From Candidatus Bilamarchaeum dharawalense (GTDB taxonomy: Archaea; Micrarchaeota; Micrarchaeia; Anstonellales; Bilamarchaeaceae), in the NCBI GenBank assembly GCA_902386555.1, contig CABMJJ010000009.1, positions 495,384 through 559,383 on the forward strand: DNA of 64,000 nucleotides, given 5' to 3'. Below the pieces are notes generated by a model. That model did no database searches. It worked only from the letters and a program-made list of their open reading frames with translations, and had not been told where the DNA came from. Made by a program: the position numbers and the translations under genes. Positions 46,871-55,111 of this stretch are shown in pieces (within the stretch, counting starts at the first letter, position 1; each line of letters opens with the position of its first letter).

Positions 46871-46882
46871 TTATTGACTGTT

Positions 46883-47371
46883 CTATCCTCCAGTCCAATA
46901 GCTTGCAGGTGTTCTTTTTTGTTGTTTTTCCTCATACCCGTATTCCTTATCCATAATTTCGTATCCCGTGTATTTCGCTTCAGTTGGGTCCTTTTCTCCT
47001 GGTAATGGAGGAAGGCAGAAACTTTCATGCACTACATTTACGACGTATTCTCTGTCTGTCAACAAAGCCCATTCCTTTACTACAACCTTCTCTGGCATCT
47101 CATTTCCAAAAATATTATTGAAAATTTCCTTGAATTTTTCTGGTGCGTTTTTTGTTTCGAATTCCTTTTCGAATGTGGGAACAAGGTACATTCTTGCAGG
47201 AGGTAATTTGATCTCTGTTTTTTGTCCATTTATTTCTGCAGTAAATTTTTCTTCAGTATGGTAGTGGCCGGTGCTGGTGGTACCGTTGTCATAAAAAATT
47301 GCAGTTTCAAAATAAACGCATTCTTTTCCACTAAAAGGAGCCATCTGTATTTTACCTTCAAATTTGACCAT
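46883..47371 (-). CDS. hypothetical protein
   Basis: 162-aa ORF with coding-like composition. No family recognised. Confidence 0.45.
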   Translation of the reverse strand: MVKFEGKIQMAPFSGKECVYFETAIFYDNGTTSTGHYHTEEKFTAEINGQKTEIKLPPARMYLVPTFEKEFETKNAPEKFKEIFNNIFGNEMPEKVVVKEWALLTDREYVVNVVHESFCLPPLPGEKDPTEAKYTGYEIMDKEYGYEEKQQKRTPASYWTGG

Positions 47372-47435
47372 GAAGGAAATTCATATTATAAAAATAAAAG
47401 GAGGTGTGGAACTGCGTTCCACAATCAACAAAAAA

Positions 47436-47558
47436 TGCCACGTGCCTGATTTGAACAAGCGACCCTTCGGTTTCAAACTTTTGGAAAAAGTTTGATCAAA
47501 ACTGACAGTTATTTCCAAAAACTTCAGCCGAATGCTCTCCCAACTGAGCTAACGTGGC
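47436..47558 (-). tRNA. tRNA-Phe (anticodon GAA) with a 50-nt canonical-position intron
   Basis: Hand-folded from the reverse complement. Acceptor GCCACGT pairs with ACGTGGC. The D-arm is GCTC-AGTTGGGA-GAGC, the anticodon arm is TTCGG-CTGAAG[intron]A-CCGAA and the T-arm is GCTTG-TTCAAAT-CAGGC. The intron is 47472..47521. Confidence 0.85.
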
Positions 47559-47816
47559 GTCAGTATCGTCTTTATGATGGGTGGCTATTTTAAATGTTGT
47601 TTAGTCTGTTCATCACCCCGAGATCCTTCTATCTGCTCGGTATATACCAACAATACCACTATATACACCTTTTACGACAAATATATATAGCAGCATAAAC
47701 CACCATTTGTCATAAAGTTCCAGATCGCTTAGTTCCATATAGGTTTGTGAACTACATTTACCACAAAAATTTCGAGATGTTTAGCTGGTACTAGGAGATA
47801 TGGTTAGGAGCGGAAA

Positions 47817-48104
47817 ATGATATTTAGAGCAATAGCAAAGTTGCATTTCATCATAGGCCTGGGGATGTTCCTCTTTATTGGGCTTATGGTTGTCTCTGAT
47901 AGCATGACTGCTCGCGCTCTACTTTTGCTCCCCATAGTTCTGACCTTTATGGCATCAAAAATTTTACATTCCATTGACCAAGCAAATGAAGTGGAAAATA
48001 TGATGTACCGTTATCGAAAACGAATGGATGCTAACAATTCATTTTCCGAACCGTCTCTTCCTTCTGGAGTACTCTCTGATGGCACCAAGGAAATCCCTTC
48101 TTGA
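47817..48104 (+). CDS. small two-TM hypothetical protein
   Basis: GGAG-containing sequence lies 4 nt upstream of the ATG, and there are two clear hydrophobic helices. The 3' end overlaps uppS by 66 nt, so the call is uncertain. Confidence 0.35.
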   Translation: MIFRAIAKLHFIIGLGMFLFIGLMVVSDSMTARALLLLPIVLTFMASKILHSIDQANEVENMMYRYRKRMDANNSFSEPSLPSGVLSDGTKEIPS

Positions 48105-48728
48105 AAAATCAGGCCATAATTTTTTTGCAAAATAAAATTCACTATAACATGATTGCCAGGGCATAAGACCGGAAAGCCTCTGTTCCCCTGAAGTTCGTAT
48201 AATTAGATCGGGGTCAGGAAGGCCCTTGGTGTACATGTGGTTGCTTAAAATTTCTTCGTCAACCTTTTTTGTTCCACTTGCTAAAATCTCATTTATCGCA
48301 TCAATTATCTCTTCTCGTCCACCATAGGAAAGAAGAAGATTAAGTTGGTATTGTCTTTGGCCGGTGGAAGTTACCTCCTCTGCCTTCTTTATCATGTATT
48401 GGATTTCTTTTGGAAATAAATGTATTCTCCCAAAAAATCTAACTCTTAATTCGTTTTTATTTCTGTCATCACTGTCTATCGCTTTTTTCAAATTATCCTT
48501 GAACAATCCAAAAAGATCGTCCACTTCATCCTTGTCTCTTTTGAAATTATCTGTGGAAAACCCCCACATGGTAAGCATGTGAACATCAAATTCTTTACAC
48601 CACTTTAGAACATCACCAATTTTTTGAATGCCCTTGGCATAGCCTTCGTGTTTGGTAAGTTTGTGCTTCCGGCTCCAACGCCTGTTTCCATCGGGTACTA
48701 TGGCAATATGATTTGGTACATCTTTCAT
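48039..48728 (-). CDS. uppS: undecaprenyl/di-trans,poly-cis-polyprenyl diphosphate synthase (cis-IPTase)
   Basis: HIAIVPDGNRRW, IIRTSGEQRLS and YSEFYF motifs. Confidence 0.85.
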   Translation of the reverse strand: MKDVPNHIAIVPDGNRRWSRKHKLTKHEGYAKGIQKIGDVLKWCKEFDVHMLTMWGFSTDNFKRDKDEVDDLFGLFKDNLKKAIDSDDRNKNELRVRFFGRIHLFPKEIQYMIKKAEEVTSTGQRQYQLNLLLSYGGREEIIDAINEILASGTKKVDEEILSNHMYTKGLPDPDLIIRTSGEQRLSGLMPWQSCYSEFYFAKKLWPDFSRRDFLGAIREYSRRKRRFGK

Positions 48729-48739
48729 CGGACTTTCAC

Positions 48740-49780
48740 CTAATACAAAACCTGAGTCAATTTCTTATTCTTAGCTGCCAATTTCAACTCGCGAGCAATT
48801 CTTCTCCCGGCACTCATCGGCTCTTTATAGTAATATACAGAATAAGGAGAACCCTCTGGAAATACGTTGGTCCCAGCCACAATTCTCGCACTTACTTCGA
48901 AAGCATAGATCTGCAAATCTTCTGTGATAATGGTCTCAACACAATATGGTCCAAAAAGACCACCATACAAATCAAATGAAGTGTCGCTTATTTTCCTTCC
49001 GATTTCCATATATTCTGAAAGAAGCGATTCTCGTAAAACCAGCGGTTCGTTTCCAATAACTGTGAAGGCAAGATCAATATCCATACCCAAAGAAATTGCA
49101 CGCGCAATCTCATCTGCACTGCTTTCAACTCGTCTATCCACACCGAGCATCTCTATCCTTCCGTGCCCTGTTTGATATCCTTGTTTTCCAAATGGAGTGA
49201 AAAAGAAATGTGGGTAAGCTCTAACACCAACAATGAATTCCTGTATTACACAATCCTTATTGCCAACTTTTTTCTTGAACTCTGCTTCCGAGCCTACTAT
49301 CATATATCCTCGGCCACCCTTTGCACCAGGAAACTTCACCATGGCTGGCCCATCTATTTCATCTGGTTCATAGGTTCTAGGGGTTTTGATCCCTGCTTTG
49401 GTAAGCCATTTGTACATTTTATCCCGGCTTCTCTCCCAAATAATGCTCTGTCGGTTACCATAAATCGGGATCTTCAAATCATCAAATTTTTGGCCAACAT
49501 ATTCAACAAAAGATCCGTGCGGGATGATAATTGCCTGTTTTGCAACCAAATCATCAAAAGGAATATCATCGTAGCTATCAACTTCAACGAATTCATCCGG
49601 TCGTCCCAAAGGAAATGATTCGTATAGTTTTCTCTTGTCCTTTTGAACGATACCTATGGTCTTTATTCCTTCCTCTCGTGCTCCCTTAAATATTTGAAGT
49701 GAAGAATGCGAACAGATGGTTGCTATTTTGAAATTCTTATAATTGGAGACTATTTCGTCTATCCTTTTCTTATCAAGCAT
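48740..49780 (-). CDS. purP: 5-formaminoimidazole-4-carboxamide ribonucleotide synthetase (PurP, ATP-grasp)
   Basis: IATICSHSSLQIFKGAREEG, VKFPGAKGGRGY, VIGNEPLVLRESLL and FEVSARIVAGTN all fit. The ATG at 49780 is preferred over the TTG at 49837. Confidence 0.8.
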   Translation of the reverse strand: MLDKKRIDEIVSNYKNFKIATICSHSSLQIFKGAREEGIKTIGIVQKDKRKLYESFPLGRPDEFVEVDSYDDIPFDDLVAKQAIIIPHGSFVEYVGQKFDDLKIPIYGNRQSIIWERSRDKMYKWLTKAGIKTPRTYEPDEIDGPAMVKFPGAKGGRGYMIVGSEAEFKKKVGNKDCVIQEFIVGVRAYPHFFFTPFGKQGYQTGHGRIEMLGVDRRVESSADEIARAISLGMDIDLAFTVIGNEPLVLRESLLSEYMEIGRKISDTSFDLYGGLFGPYCVETIITEDLQIYAFEVSARIVAGTNVFPEGSPYSVYYYKEPMSAGRRIARELKLAAKNKKLTQVLY

Positions 49781-50017
49781 ATCCTGATTGGTACTAAACT
49801 GGTTAAAAAAGCTTACGTCTCTGGGTCCAGGTAACAAAATTAGTGATAAAGAACAAAAAACAACTTCTTGATTTTTTCAGGCTTCCCATGGCCAAATGCC
49901 AATCGGAGGATGAAGTTCATAATATTATTATGGTTGTTACAGTTTATAAATCATTGTGGTTATGAAAAGAAAGGGTTTAAACCCATCCGAATATGATATA
50001 CTAGGAGCGGATTTTCA

Positions 50018-51247
50018 ATGAAATGTGTGATTCTTGCAGCAGGTGAAGGAACAAGGCTTAGACCACTTACCGAAACTAGGCCAAAACCAATGCTTTATGT
50101 TGCTGGCAAGCCCATCCTATATCATCTTCTTAACGAAGCAAAAAAAGCAGGAATTGACGAAGCGATAATTGTTGTTAGATATAAAAAAGAAAAAATTATC
50201 GAGTATCTTTCAAAAAATAATCTTGGGATGAAAATAAAGTTCATCGAGCAGGGGCCAGGAAACGGAACCGGGGCTGCATTACTATGTGCTCAAAATGAAA
50301 TAACCGATACCTTTGTTACGTTGGCCGGTGATATTGTTACCGAGGCATCAGTAATAAAAAAAGTAATGGATGCTCACAAAGGTGGGATAACCCTTGCCCT
50401 AAAAAAAGTTCTTCATCCTCACCTCTATGGTGTGGTTGAACTTTCAGGAGATAAAATCAGTCTTTTTGAAGAAAAGGCCAAACATCCAAAAAGCGATCTT
50501 GCAAATCTTTCTGTTTATTGTATGGAACCAACAATTTTTTCTGAATTGAAATCGGTTGGAAAATCTGAACGTGGCGAATACGAGCTAGTGAATTTATTTA
50601 TCGGTGCCAAGGGCGTTGTTGTTGATGGTTACTGGAAAGACATTGCCTATCCATGGGATCTTTTTGATGCCAATGAATTTTTACTTTCAAAAATGGAAGC
50701 CAAAACAGGCCACATTGAAAATTCTACAATAGAAGGTAAGGTGATAATGGAAGAGGGGGCAAAAATCATAAACAGCTATATCGAGGGCTGTGCTTACATT
50801 GGTGCCAATACCATCGTTGGTCCAAATGCCTATCTAAGAGGTTACAACTCCATCGGAAACAACTGTTCGGTTGGTGGCGGAACAACCATCAAAAATAGCA
50901 TTCTACTCGATCATGTCAATGCAAAACACCTTGCCTATATTGGAGATAGTGTAATTGGTGAAGATGTTAATTTTGGTTCTGGAACGCAGATTGCCAACTA
51001 TCGTTTTGACAGTGATTACATTAATGTCATGACCGAGAGAGGATGGACCAATTCAGGAAAGAAAAAGCTTGGTGTTTTTGTTGGCGACAATACCAAATTC
51101 GGTGTTCTCTCTTGTACCATGCCAGGTAAATTAATCGGCAGTAACTGCTGGATTGGTTCTGGTGTTGTTGTTCGAGAAAATCTTGAAGCCAACAGTCATA
51201 TTTTTGTAAAACAAGAAGTGATTGTAACCAAGGAAAAGAAAGAGTGA
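50018..51247 (+). CDS. sugar-1-phosphate nucleotidyltransferase with a C-terminal left-handed beta-helix (archaeal GlmU-like)
   Basis: ILAAGEGTRLRPLT N-terminus, with hexapeptide repeats in the C-terminal third. Confidence 0.8.
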   Translation: MKCVILAAGEGTRLRPLTETRPKPMLYVAGKPILYHLLNEAKKAGIDEAIIVVRYKKEKIIEYLSKNNLGMKIKFIEQGPGNGTGAALLCAQNEITDTFVTLAGDIVTEASVIKKVMDAHKGGITLALKKVLHPHLYGVVELSGDKISLFEEKAKHPKSDLANLSVYCMEPTIFSELKSVGKSERGEYELVNLFIGAKGVVVDGYWKDIAYPWDLFDANEFLLSKMEAKTGHIENSTIEGKVIMEEGAKIINSYIEGCAYIGANTIVGPNAYLRGYNSIGNNCSVGGGTTIKNSILLDHVNAKHLAYIGDSVIGEDVNFGSGTQIANYRFDSDYINVMTERGWTNSGKKKLGVFVGDNTKFGVLSCTMPGKLIGSNCWIGSGVVVRENLEANSHIFVKQEVIVTKEKKE

Positions 51248-51320
51248 TCCTATCTATCTAATCGTCGGCATTGATCCTGGTCTAACTGTTGGTTATGCTG
51301 CACTTGACCTTAATGGTCGT

Positions 51321-51683
51321 TTGATTGGTGCTGGTGTAACAAAACAAAAAAATGCTGAAAAAGTTATTAGTATAATTTCACAAATCGGTATTCCTCTTCT
51401 TGTTGCTTGTGACGTCTCCAAACCGCCTTCTTTTGTAAAAACAGTTGCAGCAAAATTTAACGTCAAAGTTTTTTGTCCATCAAAAAATCTTTCACAGGAA
51501 TCCAAACAATTTATGGCACCCCAGGCAATGAATATTCACATTCGGGATGCCTATGCTGCTGCTACCAAAGCCTATCGAAAATACGCCAATCGTTTCCGGA
51601 GAATCGACAAACTATATCCAGATAAAAATGAAGAATACAAAAAATTAATCTTAGAAGGAAAAGCTGTTGGCAAGTTTGCTTAA
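51321..51683 (+). CDS. DUF460 / RuvC-YqgF-like RNase H-fold domain protein (start uncertain)
   Basis: The track ORF starts at a TTG. The in-frame upstream sequence (from ~51261) encodes IVGIDPGLTVGYAALDLNGRL, which looks like the family's conserved N-terminus, but no canonical start codon precedes it. Confidence 0.55.
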   Translation: MIGAGVTKQKNAEKVISIISQIGIPLLVACDVSKPPSFVKTVAAKFNVKVFCPSKNLSQESKQFMAPQAMNIHIRDAYAAATKAYRKYANRFRRIDKLYPDKNEEYKKLILEGKAVGKFA

Positions 51684-51714
51684 GAATTTAAATCCTCCAT
51701 ATTATTACATCTAC

Positions 51715-52023
51715 ATGCACGTTACTATCAAAAGAAATACAATCACCCAGGTTACTGCTCCTATTGAAATCGGTGGACAAAGGCTTCACTGTACGTTTTA
51801 TCCAACCACAAAAAGACTGTGGGTTCATGAAATGTTTGGCAAGGCACGTCCTGCAAATACAAATGAGAAAGCAGGGTTCTTGTTTGAAGTTTTTGGATGC
51901 AAATCGGATGCTCTTGATAAGCTTGATCGGGAAATGGCGGCTGGTAAAATCGGAACTGGTACCAAGGTCAAAGCAGTTACATTTCAAAGAGCAGCGCTCC
52001 TAGTTGAACAGGCTTTGCAGTAA
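51715..52023 (+). CDS. hypothetical protein
   Basis: The ATG giving MHVTIKRNTITQV... is preferred over the TTG at 51667, which overlaps the upstream gene. Confidence 0.4.
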   Translation: MHVTIKRNTITQVTAPIEIGGQRLHCTFYPTTKRLWVHEMFGKARPANTNEKAGFLFEVFGCKSDALDKLDREMAAGKIGTGTKVKAVTFQRAALLVEQALQ

Positions 52024-52072
52024 ATAGTCTAGTTTTTATTTTAATCTTTCATTAATTCTTTCTGACAAATCT

Positions 52073-52100
52073 CTTGAACGGCGAACCGTTCAAGGTTCGC
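52073..52100 (+). other. two mutually exclusive hairpins upstream of tRNA-Leu
   Basis: CTTGAACGG-CGAA-CCGTTCAAG forms a 9-bp stem at 52073..52094. GCGAACC-GTTCAA-GGTTCGC forms a 7-bp stem at 52081..52100. The two share nucleotides. Confidence 0.5.
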
Positions 52101-52122
52101 GAAAATTATTGATTTTAATGAT

Positions 52123-52293
<171 letters not shown>

Positions 52294-52497
52294 CTATCTG
52301 ATCAGAGGACACTAACTTTTCTGCGTCCTCAGATCTGATCTAAACACTCTACTTCTGCATTTAGATCAGGTCTCAGTTCTTGGGCCCAGTACCGTAGTAC
52401 TAAATTCTACACGGAATAGCCATCCGCTGGGTGGTGGTCTGTAGAGCAGAGGTTAAAAAGCTTGCTTTATCCTAAATAATTTGACGTAGTTGAGAAA

Positions 52498-52767
52498 ATG
52501 GCTATTGTTGAAGGAAACCTTGTCAAAGTTGATAAATTAATTAATTTCGAGGGTGGACAATTAGTGGTTAACTTAGGTGATAAAAAAGCCAATATCGCTC
52601 CACTTAGAATAATGCTTGCCATCGCTGGAACGCTTATCTCGATCTATTACTATACTACAGCGCATAATCTCCTTCTGGCCTTAATTTTGTGGGTATTAAT
52701 GACTGCTGTTTTCCTGTTTGGGGATTTAGATAAAATTGGGAAATCTTATCGAAGAGGGAAAATATGA
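52498..52767 (+). CDS. small two-TM hypothetical protein (islet gene 1)
   Basis: 89 aa. It shares a 4-nt ATGA overlap with the next gene. Confidence 0.45.
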   Translation: MAIVEGNLVKVDKLINFEGGQLVVNLGDKKANIAPLRIMLAIAGTLISIYYYTTAHNLLLALILWVLMTAVFLFGDLDKIGKSYRRGKI

Positions 52768-53579
52768 AATATACTCTTATCTGGTTTTTACTAATAACTA
52801 TCTTCTTTTTTGGTTGCACTCAGCTGTCAAATCTCCAATCTTTTCAAACTGTTAGTTTAGGTGAACTAAATACAAATCCACACAAATATCTTAACCAGAC
52901 TGTAGAGATAGAAGCAGAACCAACGGATTTTGGTTTTGATAATGTCAATATCGCTGGACAAAAATTTTGGAGATTAGGGGATGATCAAGGCTATAAAATT
53001 CTCATTAAGCCATATCTGGAAACCGGTCGGACCTATAGTGCTTATAATACCTATAAAATTCGAGGAGTTTTTAGACTACTACAGCTATGTGACTGTGAAA
53101 ATAATTTATCTGCTATTACCTCACCCACTAGTGAATGCAGGGCTAGTCAAAATAAAGATTCAATTATTTTTGATTATAATGATGATAATGGGCTAACTAA
53201 TAATATTACTTTTATTGCAGTGAGAGGGGAAATTATTGATATGTCTAATCTTGGTTGGACTCCAAAACCGTCTCTGGAATCTATTAGAAAGAATTATCCG
53301 GTAGTTTGTGACAAGACTTTTGATGAATCGTCAGCGCACTATATCTGCCCCATAAAAAATCCAGAAAGCTTTGATAAATATGTTTATACTTGTCAAGTTT
53401 TTGTGTCCAGACCAGAGTACACTATTGTAAATGGAATACCTATAGAAGAGTGTCTGAATAAAACTACCACCGAGGAGCAATACTCATGCAAAACAACTAC
53501 AGATTATTTCTATGTAGAAGGGACAGATCCAATGACTGTGACAAAAACGTTTTCTGATAAATGGAAGGGCATGAACTAA
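52764..53579 (+). CDS. hypothetical exported lipoprotein-like Cys-containing protein (islet gene 2)
   Basis: The signal peptide ends in FFFGC. The gene is AT-rich, and I recognise no family. Confidence 0.5.
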   Translation: MKYTLIWFLLITIFFFGCTQLSNLQSFQTVSLGELNTNPHKYLNQTVEIEAEPTDFGFDNVNIAGQKFWRLGDDQGYKILIKPYLETGRTYSAYNTYKIRGVFRLLQLCDCENNLSAITSPTSECRASQNKDSIIFDYNDDNGLTNNITFIAVRGEIIDMSNLGWTPKPSLESIRKNYPVVCDKTFDESSAHYICPIKNPESFDKYVYTCQVFVSRPEYTIVNGIPIEECLNKTTTEEQYSCKTTTDYFYVEGTDPMTVTKTFSDKWKGMN

Positions 53580-53633
53580 TCGGGCAAAAATTTGCCCGAT
53601 CTGGCACATTAAGGCGAAAAGCAAGATGAGAAA

Positions 53634-54392
53634 ATGGTTAACGAAAAAGAGTTATCACTTAAGACAACCATTTGGGATCTCCTAGAAATAGGACCCATTT
53701 CATTATTTCCTGGAGCCGGATTGAGTTCCATTGTAAAAATTAAAGAAGAACTCCAACCTGTCGATATAATTCTAATCCGATTCTTCTTTATCGATGAACT
53801 ATGGCTAATTCGGAATGGTGTATTCAACCTAGCCATTATCGGCATGATAGTTACGATCGAGGATAGGCTGAGGAAACAAATTCTTGATATTCCCTTACAC
53901 AATCGGTTTGAAAAAAAAGATGTTGAAACAATGACATTAAACAATTTAATAGATGAACTTGAAAAACAAACTCCGTTGTTGTCAAAAAATTCAATTGACG
54001 CATTAAGAAGAGTAAATGAGATACGCAAGGCATTTATCCACACTAACATGAATAAGGGCGAGGAACTCATAAGAAAAAGTCAAAATGTAAACGCATTCTT
54101 TTTAGAAGAAACTGCACCCCCATCAGCACTAAAACATGAGGGTATCAGGGTAAATCTTAAATACGAATCTTTGGACATTTGCATTAAAGTCCTCATGGAT
54201 TGTCTTATCGTTTTACGAGAATTACAAGCGGACACAATAAAAGGTAGTTATCCTAGCTTCGATCAATTGATACAGAGAGAAATCCAATATCGAAAGGATA
54301 TGACTGCCATAGATGATGTGTATAAAGAAAGGTTCAAACATGGTGAAAATCCAAAAACTCTCCTTCAAGAAATATGGGATAAACTATTCTAA
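53634..54392 (+). CDS. hypothetical protein with a possible HEPN-type Rx4H motif (islet gene 3)
   Basis: 252-aa helical protein. The segment LRRVNEIRKAFIH (R131-x4-H136, nt 54024..54041) carries the motif. The antisense ORF 53609..54070 is Ser-rich and judged spurious. Confidence 0.5.
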   Translation: MVNEKELSLKTTIWDLLEIGPISLFPGAGLSSIVKIKEELQPVDIILIRFFFIDELWLIRNGVFNLAIIGMIVTIEDRLRKQILDIPLHNRFEKKDVETMTLNNLIDELEKQTPLLSKNSIDALRRVNEIRKAFIHTNMNKGEELIRKSQNVNAFFLEETAPPSALKHEGIRVNLKYESLDICIKVLMDCLIVLRELQADTIKGSYPSFDQLIQREIQYRKDMTAIDDVYKERFKHGENPKTLLQEIWDKLF

Positions 54393-54510
54393 GTAAGATA
54401 ATCCATAGCGCGGTATTGAAGAAGCCTAGCTTATTATTCTCTGCCTCTCAGAACAGCCCCCGGTTAGGAGGAGGCCAAGGGGTTTCTTGAGACCTGATCT
54501 TGAAGTTCAG

Positions 54511-54592
54511 TGCAGTTTATGAGATTCGAACCATGAGTTCGGGGCAGTAAATCTCTCTGTTCCGAGCCCAGGGCTCGGTAGTCTTCCCCTGC
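54511..54592 (-). other. tRNA-like remnant (does not fold as a cloverleaf)
   Basis: The minus strand reads GCAGGGG (identical to the tRNA-Leu 5' acceptor), then ACCGAGCCCTGG (class II D-arm-like), then GGTTCGAATC (identical to the tRNA-Leu T-loop 10-mer) and finally ...CTGCA. The span is 82 nt, but the stems are broken. Confidence 0.3.
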
Positions 54593-54633
54593 ATTTTGTT
54601 CATTGACTTCACCATCGGCTCAGCGTGAACACA

Positions 54634-55002
54634 TTAATCAAAATCTTCTATTTCTTTGAATTTTTTTACAAACTTAGTAAACTTTCCTTTGTACGTTGTT
54701 GCCCTTGCTGGCGTATCGTCAATGAAATGATACTCAGTATATTTACCGATCTTGCGCGGTTTGTTTAGAATTAGCTGATGATATTTGACATGATGCTTCG
54801 TCAACCATTCATCTGTAACATCGCGATGCTCATCAGTTCTTGCAGTGAAAAAACATATGAAATGCCCTTCATCATAAAGCCGATTAACTGCCTCTATAGA
54901 CTCTGGAAATGGTTTTGCCTTTCTCATGGCTTCAATTCCTTCTTCATTGCGTACATTCTCACAGACGGTTCCATCTATATCGACTAGGAATATTCTAGGC
55001 AA
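54634..55002 (-). CDS. HAD-superfamily phosphatase-like protein
   Basis: Motif I FLVDIDGTV and motif II FFTAR. Length 122 aa. Confidence 0.6.
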   Translation of the reverse strand: MPRIFLVDIDGTVCENVRNEEGIEAMRKAKPFPESIEAVNRLYDEGHFICFFTARTDEHRDVTDEWLTKHHVKYHQLILNKPRKIGKYTEYHFIDDTPARATTYKGKFTKFVKKFKEIEDFD

Positions 55003-55111
55003 CTTACCACCAACAAGAAAAAATTTTGAACCTAATTAAACCTATGTAACTTTTTGGCGAACAGTCAAAATCTATATAAATTTAGTCTCAGTCGTCATTA
55101 ATGGTGATGGC

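Noticed and set aside
47626-47635. 10-mer CTTCTATCTG shared between the tRNA-Phe upstream region and the first 10 nt after tRNA-Leu (52291..52300)
   Set aside because: A single 10-nt match has a non-negligible chance expectation in 64 kb on both strands, and the flanks do not extend the similarity.
47806-47816. TAGGAGCGGA shared upstream of the starts at 47817 and 50018 (second copy at about 50001..50010)
   Set aside because: It most simply reflects two GGAG-type ribosome-binding sites. There are only two copies and the context is not conserved.
49973-49984. 12-bp perfect palindrome GGGTTTAAACCC in the 5' leader of the GlmU-like gene
   Set aside because: It is short and occurs once, and it cannot form a hairpin because there is no loop. 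On its own it is insufficient to call a regulatory site.
51219-51323. Programmed +1 frameshift fusing the GlmU-like gene to the DUF460 domain
   Set aside because: I could not identify a recognisable slippery or stimulatory signal, and a nucleotidyltransferase-RNase H fusion has no precedent that I know of. The start-codon anomaly is reported as an open question instead.
53609-54070. 153-aa antisense ORF within islet gene 3
   Set aside because: It is a Ser/Phe/Ile-rich translation, typical of the reverse complement of a Glu/Lys/Asn-rich gene. The plus-strand ORF is longer and looks protein-like.
54511-54592. A functional second tRNA-Leu on the minus strand, possibly with a hairpin intron (CCGAGCCC-T-GGGCTCGG)
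   Set aside because: Even after the hairpin is removed, no anticodon stem or T-stem can be paired, and only four of seven acceptor pairs form. I kept it only as a tRNA-like remnant.
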